A stretch of 64,000 nucleotides of DNA from Pristiophorus japonicus (Eukaryota), in NCBI RefSeq assembly GCF_044704955.1, contig NC_091978.1, positions 146,196,001 to 146,260,000 on the forward strand, written 5' to 3'. The notes under the pieces were generated by a model. It had not been told where the DNA came from. It searched no databases and was given only the letters and a program-made list of their open reading frames with translations. This document shows positions 23,179 to 35,629 of the stretch, piece by piece (position 1 is the stretch's first letter; each line of letters opens with the position of its first letter). The position numbers and the translations under genes are program-made.

Positions 23179-24832
23179 AAGATTACACAAGATTACATAG
23201 GAAATACAGCACAGAAACAGACCATTCAGCCGAACCAGTCCATGCTGGTGTTTGTGCTCCATTTGAGCCTCCTCCCGTCTTTCCTGATCTAAATCTAGCC
23301 ACATAACTCTCTGTTGCCTTCTTCCTCATATGCTTGTCTAGCCTCCCCTTAAATGCATCGATACTATCTACTTCAACCACTCCCTGTGGTATCAAATTCC
23401 ACATTCTCACCACTCTTTGGGTAAATAATTTTTTCCTGAATTTTCTATTGGATTTCTTGGTGACTATCTTATATTGATGGCCTCTCATTATGCTCTTCCC
23501 CACAAGTGGAAACATTTTCTCAGTATCCACTCTATCAAAACTTTTCATAATTTTAAAGACCTCAAGAGAAAATAGACCCATTCTGTTCATCCTTTCCTGA
23601 TATGTATACCCTCGCATTTCTAGTATCATCCTTGTAAATTTCTCTGCACCCTCTCCAGTGCCTCTATATCCTTTTTATAATATGGCAACCAGAACAGTAT
23701 GCAGTGCTCTAAGTGTGGTCGAACCAAGGTTCGATACAGGTTTAGCATAACTTCCCTACTTATCAATTCTCTACCTCTAGAAATAAACCCGAGTGCTTGG
23801 TTTGATTTTTTTGATGGCCTTGCTAACCTGTGTTGCACATTTTAGCAATTTGTATATTTGTATTCCGAGATCCCTTTGTTCCTCTACCCCTTCTAGACTC
23901 TCACCCTCCAAGTAATAAGTAACCTCCCTATTCTTCCTACCAAAATGTAATACCACACATTTATCTGTGCGACTTTATTTGCCAATTATATGCCCATTCT
24001 GCAAGTTTATTAATGTCCTCCTGTAATTTGTTGCAGTCTTCCTCGGTTTTGACTCAGTATCCTCCTCAATTTGATGTCATCCACGAATTTGGAAATGGTG
24101 TTTTTGATTCCAAAGTCTAAGTTGTTAATATAAATTGTGAACAACAGTGGTCCCAGCACTGATCCTTGTGGAACACCACTACCCACCTTCTGCCACTGTG
24201 AATAGCTACCCTTTACATCCACTCTCTGCTTTCTGTCTTGAAGCCAGCTAGCTATCCATCCTGCTACTTGTCCCCTGACTCCGCATTCTCTGACCTTGTT
24301 CATCAGTTTATTATGGGGTACCTTATCGAAGGTTTATTGAAAATCTAGATAAATTACATTTACTGCATTACCATTGTCTATTCTCTTTGTTACCTCTTCA
24401 AAAAATTCAATGAGGTTGGTTCAGTACGACTTTCCCTTTTGAAATCCATGCTGACTATTTGTTATTATATTTTTGGTTTCGAGATGTTCTTCTATTTTCT
24501 CCTTTAGTTGGCATTCCATTATTTTTCCTACCACCGATGTTAAACTGACTGGTCTATAATTCCGTGGACATGTTCTATCTTCCTTCTTAAATATAGGTAT
24601 TACATTAGCTATCCGACAGTCCTCTGGCACTACACCTTTATCTGACGAATTATTAAATATGTGTAGTAAAGCCTCTGGTATCTCTTCCCTAGCTCCTTTT
24701 AAAATGCGTGGATGCAACACATCCAGACCAGGAGTCTGAGTTTGATTAGTTTATTTAATATATCTCCTCTTTTTATTTTAAATACACATATCTCATTACT
24801 AATATCATCATCCAATGTCATGTCCCCCCTGT
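23179..24832 (-). mobile_element. CR1 subfamily B, 5'-truncated
   Basis: Minus ORFs 24421-24720 (HPRILK, NYRPVSLTS), 24010-24303 ([11 protein letters not shown]), 23626-23838 and 23183-23629. Confidence 0.95.
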
Positions 24833-25342
24833 TCTATTCTGTGGAAGATTGTCCAAAGTAATATGCGTAAAGAAAGGAAAAGCTCCAGTGGGGAGAGAGA
24901 GGAGGCTGGAAATGTGAATAGGAATAATTGTCAGACAAGATGCATTTTCCTTTAATTCTTTGTATTGGGCTACTTATTTTCTAAATTTCCCTTATTTCAT
25001 TTCCATTCTGTTGCAAATTCAAGATGGGGTACAGGTCCATGGAAAAATTACCCCTATGGAGCATAAGGTTGAGGCCCCTTGATGTTGGGAGTGAGCTGGT
25101 GAGCTGAAATACCATTGTGCAGTGTTCCAGCTCTTAAATCAAAGAAAATCATTTTTTTCTTCAGATTTACTAGTTCCATCAGCATGAAGTTCCTTTGACC
25201 CAAGTGCCAACAAGACTGCAACAAGAATATCAGTGCCTGTGGCATAGAGGAGAGAATGTGAAATGTGCGGCACTGATGCAGGGCACGTGAGCAGCAGCTT
25301 GACTGTGCATTGAGTTTAAGGGCATCTGAACTTAAAAATAGC

Positions 25343-26077
25343 GGGGGAGAAAATTGGGTCATTTGCGCCTCCCGTTAGCACTCCTGGGGGGCGCTAACGA
25401 GGCACAAACAAGTTTTCGTCCGGGCGTGGCGCCGCTACTGTCTCCCGCTATATTCTGCAGGAGTTTAGTAGCAGCAGTATCCGCTAGCGCTCCGCTCTGC
25501 TGCACCGGCGATAACGATATCATCACCGTACGCAGCAACCCATTTTCGCCCCGGAGCAAAAATTCAGGACCGCTCCTTGAAGCTGTGCCGGGCGATTACA
25601 GCGACAGCTTTAGGGGGCGCATACTGGGCTTTAAGCTGTTCACGGGTCACTAGTTAAAGGGGAGGTGGCATACACAAAAGACAAATCGGCTGACTTACTG
25701 AGTGGGGCCCGTTGCATCGTGGAACACGGAATTAGTACCGCGATCTGGCAGCCCAGTACTCCACTTGAGTGCTGGACTGATGTAACGGCACCCCACTCCC
25801 GAGTGGTCCAGGTCGGGTCCCACAGAGTCGGCAGCTTGGCCCTCCTCTTTAATGAAGGGACGGCCCCTTCCATGCGGCAGCGCTACGTGTCCCAGCACAT
25901 ATCGCTACGCTCCTGTCCCATTTGCTTCTGCCGCACTTGTGCCCCGCAGAGGCAGTGGAGCGCATTATTTTGCGCTCCACTTGCTCTCGAAGGCGGTAAC
26001 CCCAATATCGCGAGCCGAGTGGGACTTCCTTGCGGCTGTTACCGCCCCCAAATGGGCCGCTACGAAATTTCCTCCCC
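25343..26077. mobile_element. GC-rich MITE family copy 2
   Basis: TIR gggggagaaaatt / aaatttcctcccc; colinear with 22496-23085. Confidence 0.8.
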
Positions 26078-26184
26078 ATCATTAATTGCTGTTTGTGCAC
26101 CACTGTTGGGTGTGGTCAGAATTGGCATGTTATTTTATTTACTTTATGCATGCAGGGCCCTAGGTTCTTTTCCTTATGGACACC

Positions 26185-26945
26185 CTGTGCTACTATTTGA
26201 AGAGTAACATGTATATGTTAAAGATCCCATGGTACTATTTGAAGAAGAGTGGCAGGTGTCTTTTAAAGATCCCATGGTAATATTTGAAGAGTAACCTGTA
26301 TTTGTTAAAATCCCATGGTGATATTTGAAGAGTAACCAGTATTTGTTAAAATCCCATGGTGATATTTGAAGAGTAACCAGTATTTGTTAAAATCCCATGG
26401 TGATATTTGAAGAGTAACCTGCATTTGTTAAAATCCCATGGTGATATTTGAAGAGTAACCTGTATTTGTTAAAGATCCCATGGTACAGTTTGAAGGGTAA
26501 CCTGTATTTGTTAAAGATCCCATGGTACAGTTTGAAGAGTAACCTGTATTTGTTAAAGATCCCATGGTGATATTTGAAGAGTAACCTGTATTTGTTAAAA
26601 TCCCATGGTACAGTTTGAAGAGTAACCTGTATTTGTTAAAGATCCCATAGTGATATTTGAAGCGTAACCTGTATTTGTTATAATCCCATGGTGATATTTG
26701 AAGAGTAACCTGTATTTGTTAAAGATCCCATAGTGACATTTGAAGCGTAACCTGTATTTGTTATAATTCCATGGTGATATTTGAAGAGTAACCTGTATTT
26801 GTTAAAGATCCCATGGTGATATTTGAAGCGTAACCTGTATTTGTTATAATCCCATGGTGATATTTGAAGAGTAATCTGTATTTGTTAAAGATCCCATGGT
26901 GATATTTGAAGAGTAACCTGTATTTGTTAAAGATCCCATGGTAAT
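26185..26945 (+). repeat. 41-42-bp minisatellite, about 18 units
   Basis: Unit aagatcccatggtgatatttgaagagtaacctgtatttgtta; cccatgg at 26851, 26893 and 26935 (period 42); head-to-tail with no spacers. Confidence 0.95.
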
Positions 26946-27190
26946 ATATATAAAATAGAGCAGATGCTTCTCCCCGTGTCCAGGTCAACATTTTTCCATC
27001 AACTACCAGATTAATTAGACATTCATCTCATTTCTGTTTGTAGGACCTGCAATGCACAAAATGTCTACAGTCTTTGACTACTTCACAAATAATTGCACTT
27101 TCAAAATGTAGTTCATAGTATGTTGAATTCTTTGAGACATTTCTGTGAAATATTATAATGCATTATTTAACAGCAAGTCTTTTTTTTTCC
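26946..27190 (+). mobile_element. 3' half of a DeuSINE-like SINE continuing from the minisatellite
   Basis: gagcagatgcttctccccgtgtccaggtcaac...ctcatttctgtttgtaggacc...gcaagtcttttt matches 2990-3229. Confidence 0.65.
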
Positions 27191-28001
27191 TTTCTCCACC
27201 CAAACATTCCTTATACTATTTTTCAGAAAAGCACCTCAAAGTGAAAGTTTGGAAAATAAATGACAATCAGTAGCCATTTCAGAATATGCAGCAGAGGTCT
27301 CGTGTGTTTATGAGATTGAAGCTGTTATTCTGTTAATGATGCTTTCACACTTCCTGAGGCTGTTTCCTTTTTTCTACACCTTTGAAAATCAAAATGATTT
27401 TATTCTACATGACATATTATTGAAATATCATAGCCTGGAAGTTGCTTCTTTACGTAAAACCTTACACCAGTGGATCTTGAGCAAGAGGAGACAACAAAGT
27501 CTGGAGTGTGGTACAGTGCTCACTTATTGCACATTTACCGACACAATGTTGGCTGAAATTGGCTAATAATAATTCAGCAATAATCCTGCAATACTGGAGC
27601 AATGTATTCACCCCAATTGAAACTGCTGTTAAGAGCTGGGTTGCAAGGAGAAAGCTGGAATTTAAGGTCTGTAAATTGAATTTTTCCGCAGTTTCTTGGT
27701 ACTCCAGCATCTGGACTTGGTCGAAGAGAGCCAGCAAGAGCAGAGAGGGCCAGCCATGATGTCAAGTTAAAATCTATGGCACTCTTATTTTAACAAGAAT
27801 GGAGAATGGATGGCTGAAGCAGGGGAAACCAAGGCTACCTATACAGTCATGGCTTCTGATACCCATGCACCACCATTGACAGCAACAGCATTCAGGCACA
27901 GAAAAGTTGATACTGCAACCAGAATTATCAGATATATGAGTTGTATCTTGAAGCAACCCTTTTTGTGTCTGGAAAGATTGGGTGTAGCCTTACAGTACAA
28001 C

Positions 28002-28206
28002 TGTTGTGTATAGAAGAACTCCACGAGGCTGAGTACTGTGAGCTAAACTTAGTGTGACCTTAGTCCTCTTTATTACAACTCCAGAGTGCTTAAACAACAT
28101 GGCAGCCAACCTTTTATACTGGCCCTGCACGTCTTTGCAGGTGACCATTAGGACTCCAACAGTTGCGCCCTCTGATGGCAAGTATTACATGGTTACATAC
28201 ATAAAA
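28002..28206 (-). repeat. 3' LTR of the Gypsy element
   Basis: Direct repeat of 33041-33241; adjacent polypurine tract ggggaggagtga (minus strand) at about 28207-28218. Confidence 0.93.
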
Positions 28207-28294
28207 TCACTCCTCCCCTGCAAAATCTTCGGTACAAGTTATTTACAAGTTGAGGCGATCTGGAGCCCTTCGCTCCCTGGTTGATTGTCTAAGT

Positions 28295-31200
28295 TCAAAT
28301 GCTGGCATGTGTGAGCTGGCACTGCACCGCGGTTGGTCTGACCGGACTGTCAAGAACGGTGGGTTCATCCTCGTGATTGACAGTGAGGTCAATTGCTAGT
28401 TGGGTGTGTGTTGGTGGATTGTCGATGGCGATGTCCTCTTCAAGTCGGTCCTGGTTGTCAGTAAATTGCAATTTAATCTGATCTAAATGCTTTCTGCATG
28501 TTTGGCCATTTAACAGTTTGATTATAAACACCTTATTCCCTTCCTTGGCCAAAACAGTGCCAGCAACCCACTTGGGACCATGACCGTAATTCAGGACAAA
28601 CACAGGGTCATGAACTTCAATGTCATGTGAAACAGCCGCGCGATCATGGTAGATGTTCTGCCAGTGTCGCCAGGTTTCCACGTGATCATTAAGATCCGGG
28701 TGGACTAGGGAGAGCCTGGTTTTGAGGGCTCTCTTCATTAACATAGAAACATAGAAAAAAGGGCAGGAGTAGGCCATTCGGTCCTTCGAGACTGCACCAC
28801 CATTCAATATGATCATGGCTGATCATGCAACTTCAGTACTCCATTCCTGCTTTCTCTCCATACCCCTTGATCCTTTAGCCGTAAGGGCCACATCGAACTC
28901 CCTTTTGAATATATCTAATGAACTGGCCTCACCAACTTTCTGTGGTAGAGAATTCCACAGGTTCATAATTCTCTGGGTGAAAAAGTTTTTCCTCATCTCA
29001 GTCCTAAATGGCTTACCCCTTAGCCTTAGACTGTGACCCCTGGTTCTGGACTTCCTCAACATCGGGAACATTCTTCCTGCATCTAACTTGTCCAATCCTG
29101 TCAGAATTTTATATGTTTCTATAAGATCCCCTCTCATTCTTTTAAATTCCGGTGAATATAAACCTAGTCAATCCAGTCTTTCTTCATATGTCAGTCCTGC
29201 CATCCTGGGAATCAGTCTGGTGAACCTTCGCTGCACTCCCTCAATAGCAAGATTGTCCTTCCTCAGATTAGGAGATTAAAACTGTACACAATATTCAAGG
29301 TGTGGCCTCACCAAGGCCCTGTACAACTGCAGTAAGACCTCTCTGCTCCTATACTCAATTCCTCTCGCTATGAAGGCCAACATGCCATTTGCCTTCTTCA
29401 CCACCTGCTGTACCTGCATGCCAACTTTCAATGACTGATGTACCATGACACCCAGGTCTCATTGCACCTCCCCTTTTCCTAATCTGTCACCATTCAGATA
29501 ATATTCTGCCTTCCTGTTTTTAGTGGATAACCTCACATTTCTGCCGGATGAACCCCAGTGAGCGAGTAGGATCGAATCCGGAAACTGAGCAGAATGCGAG
29601 ACAACTGGGTCTTCAGGGAGCCGTCCGTCACACATTTCATGCTCTGCTTGATTGTTTGGACCGCCCGCTCTGCTTGACCGTTAGACGCAGGCTTAAACGG
29701 AGCAGACCTGACATGCTTGATGCCATTGCGGGTCATAAACTCATTGAATTCCGAGCTGGTGAAACACGGTCCATTGTCGCTGACAAGGATGCGGGCAAAC
29801 CATGGGTGACGAACATGGCCCGGAGGCTTTCAATGGTGGCTGTGGACATGCTGGATGACATGATTATGCATTCAATCCATTTGGAGTAAGCGTCCACAAC
29901 TACTAAAAACATCTTTCCGAGAAAGGGGCCGGCAAAATCTACGTGGATCCTGGACCACGGTTTGGAAGACCATGACCACAGACTCAGTGGAGCCTCCCTT
30001 GGTGCATTGCTCAGTTGTGAGCAAGTGTTGCACTGATGCACACATGACTCCAAGTCCGAGTCAATGCTGGGCCACCAAACATTCGACCTGGCAATTGCCT
30101 TCATCATGACAATGCCTGGATGGGTGCTGTGTAGGTCGCGTATAAATGTTTCCCTGCCTTTTTTTGGAAAAACCACGTGATTACCCCATAAGAGACAATC
30201 CGATTGGATGGACATTTCATTTTTGCGTCGCTGAAATGGCTTAATTTCATCTTGCCTTACCCCGGGAACAGCCAACCAGTTCCCATTTAGGACACAACTC
30301 TTTACTAATGATAGCACAGGATCCTGGCTGGTCCAGGTCCTGATCTGGTGAGCTGTGACGGGTGACCCCTCGCTCACAAAAGCATCCATGACCAGTGGCA
30401 AGTCTGTGGGCTCCGCCATTTCAACCCCGGTGGTGGGTAATGGTAGCCGGCTGAGAGCATCGGCATTGTTTTCAGTGCCTGGTCTATGGCAGATAACATG
30501 GTCATAGCCGAATATGTTAGTGCCCATCTTTGGATGCGGGACGAGTGATTGGTATTTATACCTTTGCTCTCTGAAAACAGCGAAATGAGCGCTTGTGGTC
30601 AGTTTCAAGTTCAAACCGAAATCCAAATAGGTATTGGTGCATTTTCTTAACCGCATATACACATGCTAACGCCTCTTTCTCGACCATACTATAGGCTCTC
30701 TCAGCCGTAGACAGACTTCTAGACACGTGTGCAACGAGTTGGAGGTTGCCCAATACATTGGCTTGTTGTAACACACAGTCGACCCCATGCGATGAGGCTT
30801 CACAAGCTAGCACTAAATGTTTACATGGGTCAGAGTGTACAAGTAACTTATTTGAACAGAGCTGATTCCTGTCCTTCTCAAAGGCTGTGTCTTGAGATTT
30901 GCTCCAAACCCAGCTATTATGTAGCAACATGTGCAAAGGCTCTAACAACATGCTCAACTCGGGTAGAATGTTCCCGAAATAGTTGAGGAGTCCCAGGAAC
31001 GATCGCAGCTCCGTCACATTCTGTGGTCTGGGTGCATTCTTGATGGCCTCTGCCTTTGAGTCCATGGGCCTGATGCCGTCTGCTGCAATCTTTCTCCCCA
31101 AAAACTCGACTTCTGGCGCCAGGAAAACATACTTGGAACTTTTCACCCTGAGTCCCACTCTGTCCAGTCGCTTTAGAACCTCTTCCAGGTTGTGGAGGTA

Positions 31201-33002
31201 TTCGAAGCTGTCATGACCGGTGATCAGGATGAGGTCTTGAAACACAACGGTGCGCGGAACAGATTTCAGCAAACTCTCCATGTTTCTCTGGAAAATGGCT
31301 GCAGTCGAGCGAATCCTGAAAGGGCACCTGTGGTATATAAACAGCCCTTTGTGTGTGTTGATGCACATCAGTCTTTTCGAAGATTCAGCCAGCTCCTGTG
31401 TCATGTAGGCAGAGGTTAGGTCCAACTTGGTGAACAACTTCCCCCCCGTTAACATTACGAACAGGTTATCCGCCTTGGGCAGCGGGTACTAGTCCTGTAG
31501 TGAGACTTGATTAATCATTACCTTGTAGTCTCCGCAGATTCTGACCATGCCATTGCTTTTCAACACCAGAACAATTGGACTGGCCCACTCATTGAACTCG
31601 ACTGGCGATATGATTCCTTCGCGTTGGAGTCTGTCCAGTTCGATCTCGACTTTCTCCCTCATCGTGTATGGAACCGCCCGAGCCTTGTGATGGACAGGCC
31701 GTGCATCGGTACCTTGGTGCCTGTGAAGTTGCCGATGCCTAGTTCGAATAGCGAGGAAAACTTGCTCAGCACTTGAGCACACAAGGCGTCATCCACTGAA
31801 GATAGTGCTTTGATGTCATTCCAATTCCATCTAATCTTTACTGGCCAGCTTCTGCTGGGCCAATGCCTGGAACAATCCACAATGATAGGTCATGCACAGC
31901 TCCATCATACGATACCGTCACTGCTGCACTTCCAATGACTGTTATGAGCTCCTTGGTGTAGATATGCAGCTTTGCATTAACCGGGCTCAGTTTGGGCCTT
32001 TGTGCTTTATTGCCCCACAGTTTCTCGAAAGCCTTTTAGCTCATTGTTGACTGACTCGCACCCATGTCCAACTCCATGGATACTGGAACACCATTTAATT
32101 TGACTTTCAGCATTATAGGAGGGCTCTTGGTGATGAAGGTATCTACCCCATGCACTTCTTCCTCGGGTTGAGTTGCCTGTGCTGTGTGATCCGCGCCGGA
32201 TCGATCATCCTCTGCCATGTGGTGTGTCGCAGCTCGTTTTCACATTTGCTGGAGGTGCCACATTGTTGCACAGCCTTTGCACACGTAGTGCTGGAATCGA
32301 CATTGATGGGTCCAATGATTACCCAACATGGTGCTAATGGATTCACATTCACCCCCGATGGCGGACTCGGAATCATCACAGGTCTTGCAGCCGCAGACGT
32401 ATAGGCCCAGCCATATGCAGTTCGGCCTGCTAGCGACATCTATTTATGCACAGTAGTTGCCGGTGAGCTTCAATATTGAGAAGATATCTGTTTGGTGTTA
32501 TTGTCCGTGGCCATGCATGCCTGGGTGATCGCGATAGCCCTGCTCAGGTCTAGGGCTTTTGCAGCTAGCAGGTTTTGAAGAATGACCTTGTGGCTGATGC
32601 CCAGCAGGAAAAAGTCCCGCAGTATTTGCCCCAACGCAGCTCCAAAATTGCAAGGTCCCGCAAGGCGTCTCAGGTCGGCGGCATAATCTGCCACGTCCTG
32701 GCCCTCAGAGCAATGGTGCATGTAAAAATGATACCTGGCCATGAAGATACTTGCCTCTGCTTGAGGTGGTCCTGAACCAGTGTACACAACTCTATATATT
32801 CCTTCTCCGCTGGTTTTGTTGGTGCGAGCAGATTCTTGATGAGGCCGTATATTTTAGGCTCACAGACTATGAGAAGAACTGCCCTGCGCTTGACCGCGTT
32901 AGTGACTCCTCCCAGTTCATTGGAGTATTAGTTGAGACGCTCGACGAAGGCTTCCCAATCATCACCCTCTACGAATCTCTCTAATATTCCAACGGCAGTC
33001 AT
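28295..33002 (-). pseudogene. Frameshifted gag-pol of the Gypsy element
   Basis: gag start MTAVGILERFVEGDDWEAFVERL; protease MELDMGAS (DTG altered); RT KLDLTSAY..VVFQDLILI; RNase H; integrase H..HPG..CNTC, RIHVDFAGP, SNGQAERAVQT; interrupted by CR1 at 28740-29540. Confidence 0.92.
28740..29540 (-). mobile_element. CR1-A fragment inserted in the Gypsy integrase
   Basis: Splits integrase GVHPAE / LMKRALKTRLSL; antisense tail acatagaaacatagaa; ORF 28823-29137. Confidence 0.93.
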
Positions 33003-33028
33003 GGTTGCGTGAAGGTCGTATTCTGTTA

Positions 33029-33038
33029 CTCGTCGCCA
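33029..33038 (-). other. Primer-binding site TGGCGACGAG
   Basis: Directly downstream of the 5' LTR; complementary to the 3' end (...CUCGUCGCCA) of vertebrate tRNA-Ser(GCT), from recalled tRNA sequence. Confidence 0.75.
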
Positions 33039-33040
33039 AT

Positions 33041-33241
33041 TGTTGTGTAGAGAAGAACTCCACAAGGCTGAGTACTGTGAGTTCAACTTCGTGTGACCTT
33101 AGTCTTCTTTATTACAACTCCAGAATGCCTAAACAAAAAAGCCAACCTTTTATACTGGTCCTGACATGTGTACAGGTGGCCATTAGGACTCCAACAGTCG
33201 CGTCCTCTGGTGGCAAGTATTACATGGTTACGTACATAACA
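33041..33241 (-). repeat. 5' LTR of the Gypsy element
   Basis: TGTT...AACA termini; on the minus strand carries TATAAAA and AATAAA motifs. Confidence 0.93.
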
Positions 33242-33640
33242 CAACTCCCCAATGATTTCCAGAATAATTGCTATCCACTGCAGGCTCAGCAACTTTGTCT
33301 TGAAAAGAGCCTTCAGTATATATCGCAATTGCCAAGATGTGAAGGCCCTGACAGATTGTGTGAGTTAAAATGCCAGTCAGGAAATAGCAGTGATACTAGC
33401 AATGCAGCAAAGAAGACAAGTGCACCATGCACTCATTTCAGGTGTCACGGCTACCTAATTTTTAAAGGAGAAAATCACATCTGTTAAAGAACATTTCCAA
33501 ATCACCTTGTCCTACATTTTCACACTTAATTCTTCAAATACCATCTATTACTATCTTATGCTGGTAACTCCTATTATATTGGCCAATAACAACAGCGCAT
33601 TGATAAAATCAGATGTTAAACTTTTATTTTCTCTAACGTC

Positions 33641-34440
33641 TCATCATCATAGGCGGTCCCTTGAATGCGGATGACCTATTTCCACATGATTTCACAGATG
33701 TTTCAATGAAGGACCGGATATTCCAGTCCTGAACTCCAATTGAAGGGGTGGAAGATGCCTGTGCGTGGATTTTGTTAACATGTAGTGACCGTTGCACATC
33801 AGCCACCACACAGACTTGACAGTGGCAAGAGTTAACCAGGACGACTGAAGACCTGTTCTGCTGCACGGACCTAGTGCGCACACATATCTCAGTGTGGGCT
33901 GGCCCGTGCTGCCCCTGGGCTCCCGGCTCTTCTGGGCCCCGTACCCTCATTTGCTGCACCTCCACCACGATCTCTTGCTGCTCCTCCACCACAAACATTC
34001 GACGAACCTCCACCACAATCTCTCACTGCTCCTCCGTCACGATCTCTCGCCGCTCCTGCACCACAAATATTCGCCGCACCTCCATAATGATCTCTCACCG
34101 TTCCTCCACCACAATCTCTTGCCGCTCCTCCGCCACAAACATTCACCGCACCTCTGCAACAATCTCTCATCGTTCCTCCGCCACGATCTCTCGCTGCTCC
34201 TCCACCACAAAAACATTTGCCGCACCTCCACCACGATCTTTCACCACTCATCCGCCCCGACCTTCCCGCTCCTCCGCTGTACAATGGTCCCGCCGATGTT
34301 CCTGCCCACACTCCAGATGGCGACCTGGGTTTTGATGATGTCACCCAGTCACCACTTCGAAGCTGTCGCATACTTGTAGCAGCTCGTACTGGAGCAGTAG
34401 TATGCTCTTTTATCCTCCTGACCTGCGGTGATGTCCCACA
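33641..34440 (-). mobile_element. RTE-tailed non-autonomous element with expanded internal array
   Basis: Antisense (atg)n tail tcatcatcataggcggtccc; body colinear with 6202-6700 on both sides of the array. Confidence 0.8.
33950..34262 (+). repeat. 24-bp tandem array with 3x24 (72-bp) higher-order structure, about 13 units
   Basis: Units cycle ctcctccaccacaaacattcgccg / cacctccaccacaatctctcaccg / ttcctccgccacgatctctcgccg. Confidence 0.85.
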
Positions 34441-35629
34441 ATGTTCCAGGGGCTCCTAATGTCTAGTGTGTGAATGTTCACGGCTTGAATCGACATGAAG
34501 CTACCCCTTGAAGCTTGGATGTGTGACACCTACACCTAACCCATCAATCCTTCTGAGTAATTTGTTTGTGAAAGGAGTAAGTGTTATTGCTGCCTGCAGG
34601 AATTCACTGATGAGATGCTGGGATTCTGGTGGCCCGAGAGCCAGGGCCCAACATGTGAGTCCGCCATAGCTCCACTTGCTGATGCAGCAGGCACTTCTGG
34701 GGCAGGTGTGGTCAGTAGTCCCTTTAAGTTTGTTAAGTTCCTTCTCTGTCTGAGCCCTTGCAGAATGGTTTGAAACTCCGAGCAAATCAAACTATTTTTT
34801 GTGTCAGTAACACCCACATTGATAGCAATTTGGTGAGTCAGCTAGCTTTGCTTTGCCAATAGTATTTTGGGTGCTTAACTGGCTCCTAATTGCAGCTCAC
34901 ACAAAATTTAGAGGATTTGGTGCTGCTCCATTCTTATTGGCTGTCACATTGTGTGGGAGAATTCCCAGAGTTTTAGATCTAGAAATCTGATAAAGCTTGA
35001 AAATGAGCGGTGCCACCATGGGGTGAGGTTGTCTCGCGCCCCTAAAAAGAGTGAAGGCAGCACTGTTGTTTTGGTGCTGTCTGCTAATTTAAATGATTGC
35101 AGCACAAAACTTACCATGCAAGGTGCTGCTTCAGGCAGTGCACTTAACAGGAGGCCAAATGTAGCATGGCTGTAGGGTCTCTGGAACGAGGCAGTGTTTT
35201 CTTAAAGCCATTTTAGAAAGTTGTCTCATTTCCTTAAAGGGGAACTGCCTTCTAAAATAAAATGAAAGTTAAAAATAGGCAGTTTTTAGCCCTTAGAGCT
35301 CAACCGACTTCTGAGAAAAAAAGTAAAATCATTCCAAAATGGCAGACTTCAACTCTTAAAGCTGAACTACCAGCTAATTAATCTGGACCAGATCACCAAG
35401 GCCATCACTGCCAGCAGGTGTCACTCCCACAACCTGGCTCCAGTGCCCAAAGAAGTTTCATGACCTCAGACCAGTGGTCAAGGTCTGTGAATGCATCTTC
35501 AAAAGCTATCTCCTACCATCTGCACAACTAGTCTCACAGACTGCTTAATGCACGACCTCCCTCCCCCATCACTCAACTACCAACAATCTCTACCAAACAC
35601 GAGGCACACCTCATATTCCACAGTTCAGC

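Larger units (their letters stand above)
28002..33241 (-). mobile_element. Full-length decayed Ty3/Gypsy LTR retrotransposon (Mag/K02A2.6-like)
   Basis: Two ~200-bp LTRs, 4-bp TSD CAAC (27998-28001 and 33242-33245), primer-binding site, polypurine tract, domain order gag-PR-RT-RH-IN. Confidence 0.95.

Noticed and set aside
25665-26207. 180-aa ORF in a CpG-island-like stretch
   Set aside because: Lies in a GC-rich MITE present three times in the window; the frame is not conserved between copies.
26185-26945. CRISPR-like regular array
   Set aside because: Units are head-to-tail with no unique spacers, there are no cas genes, and the context is vertebrate.
33874-34379. Overlapping 153-161-aa His/Leu-, Ser/Thr- and Gly-rich ORFs
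   Set aside because: Products of a nearly stop-free 24-bp tandem repeat.
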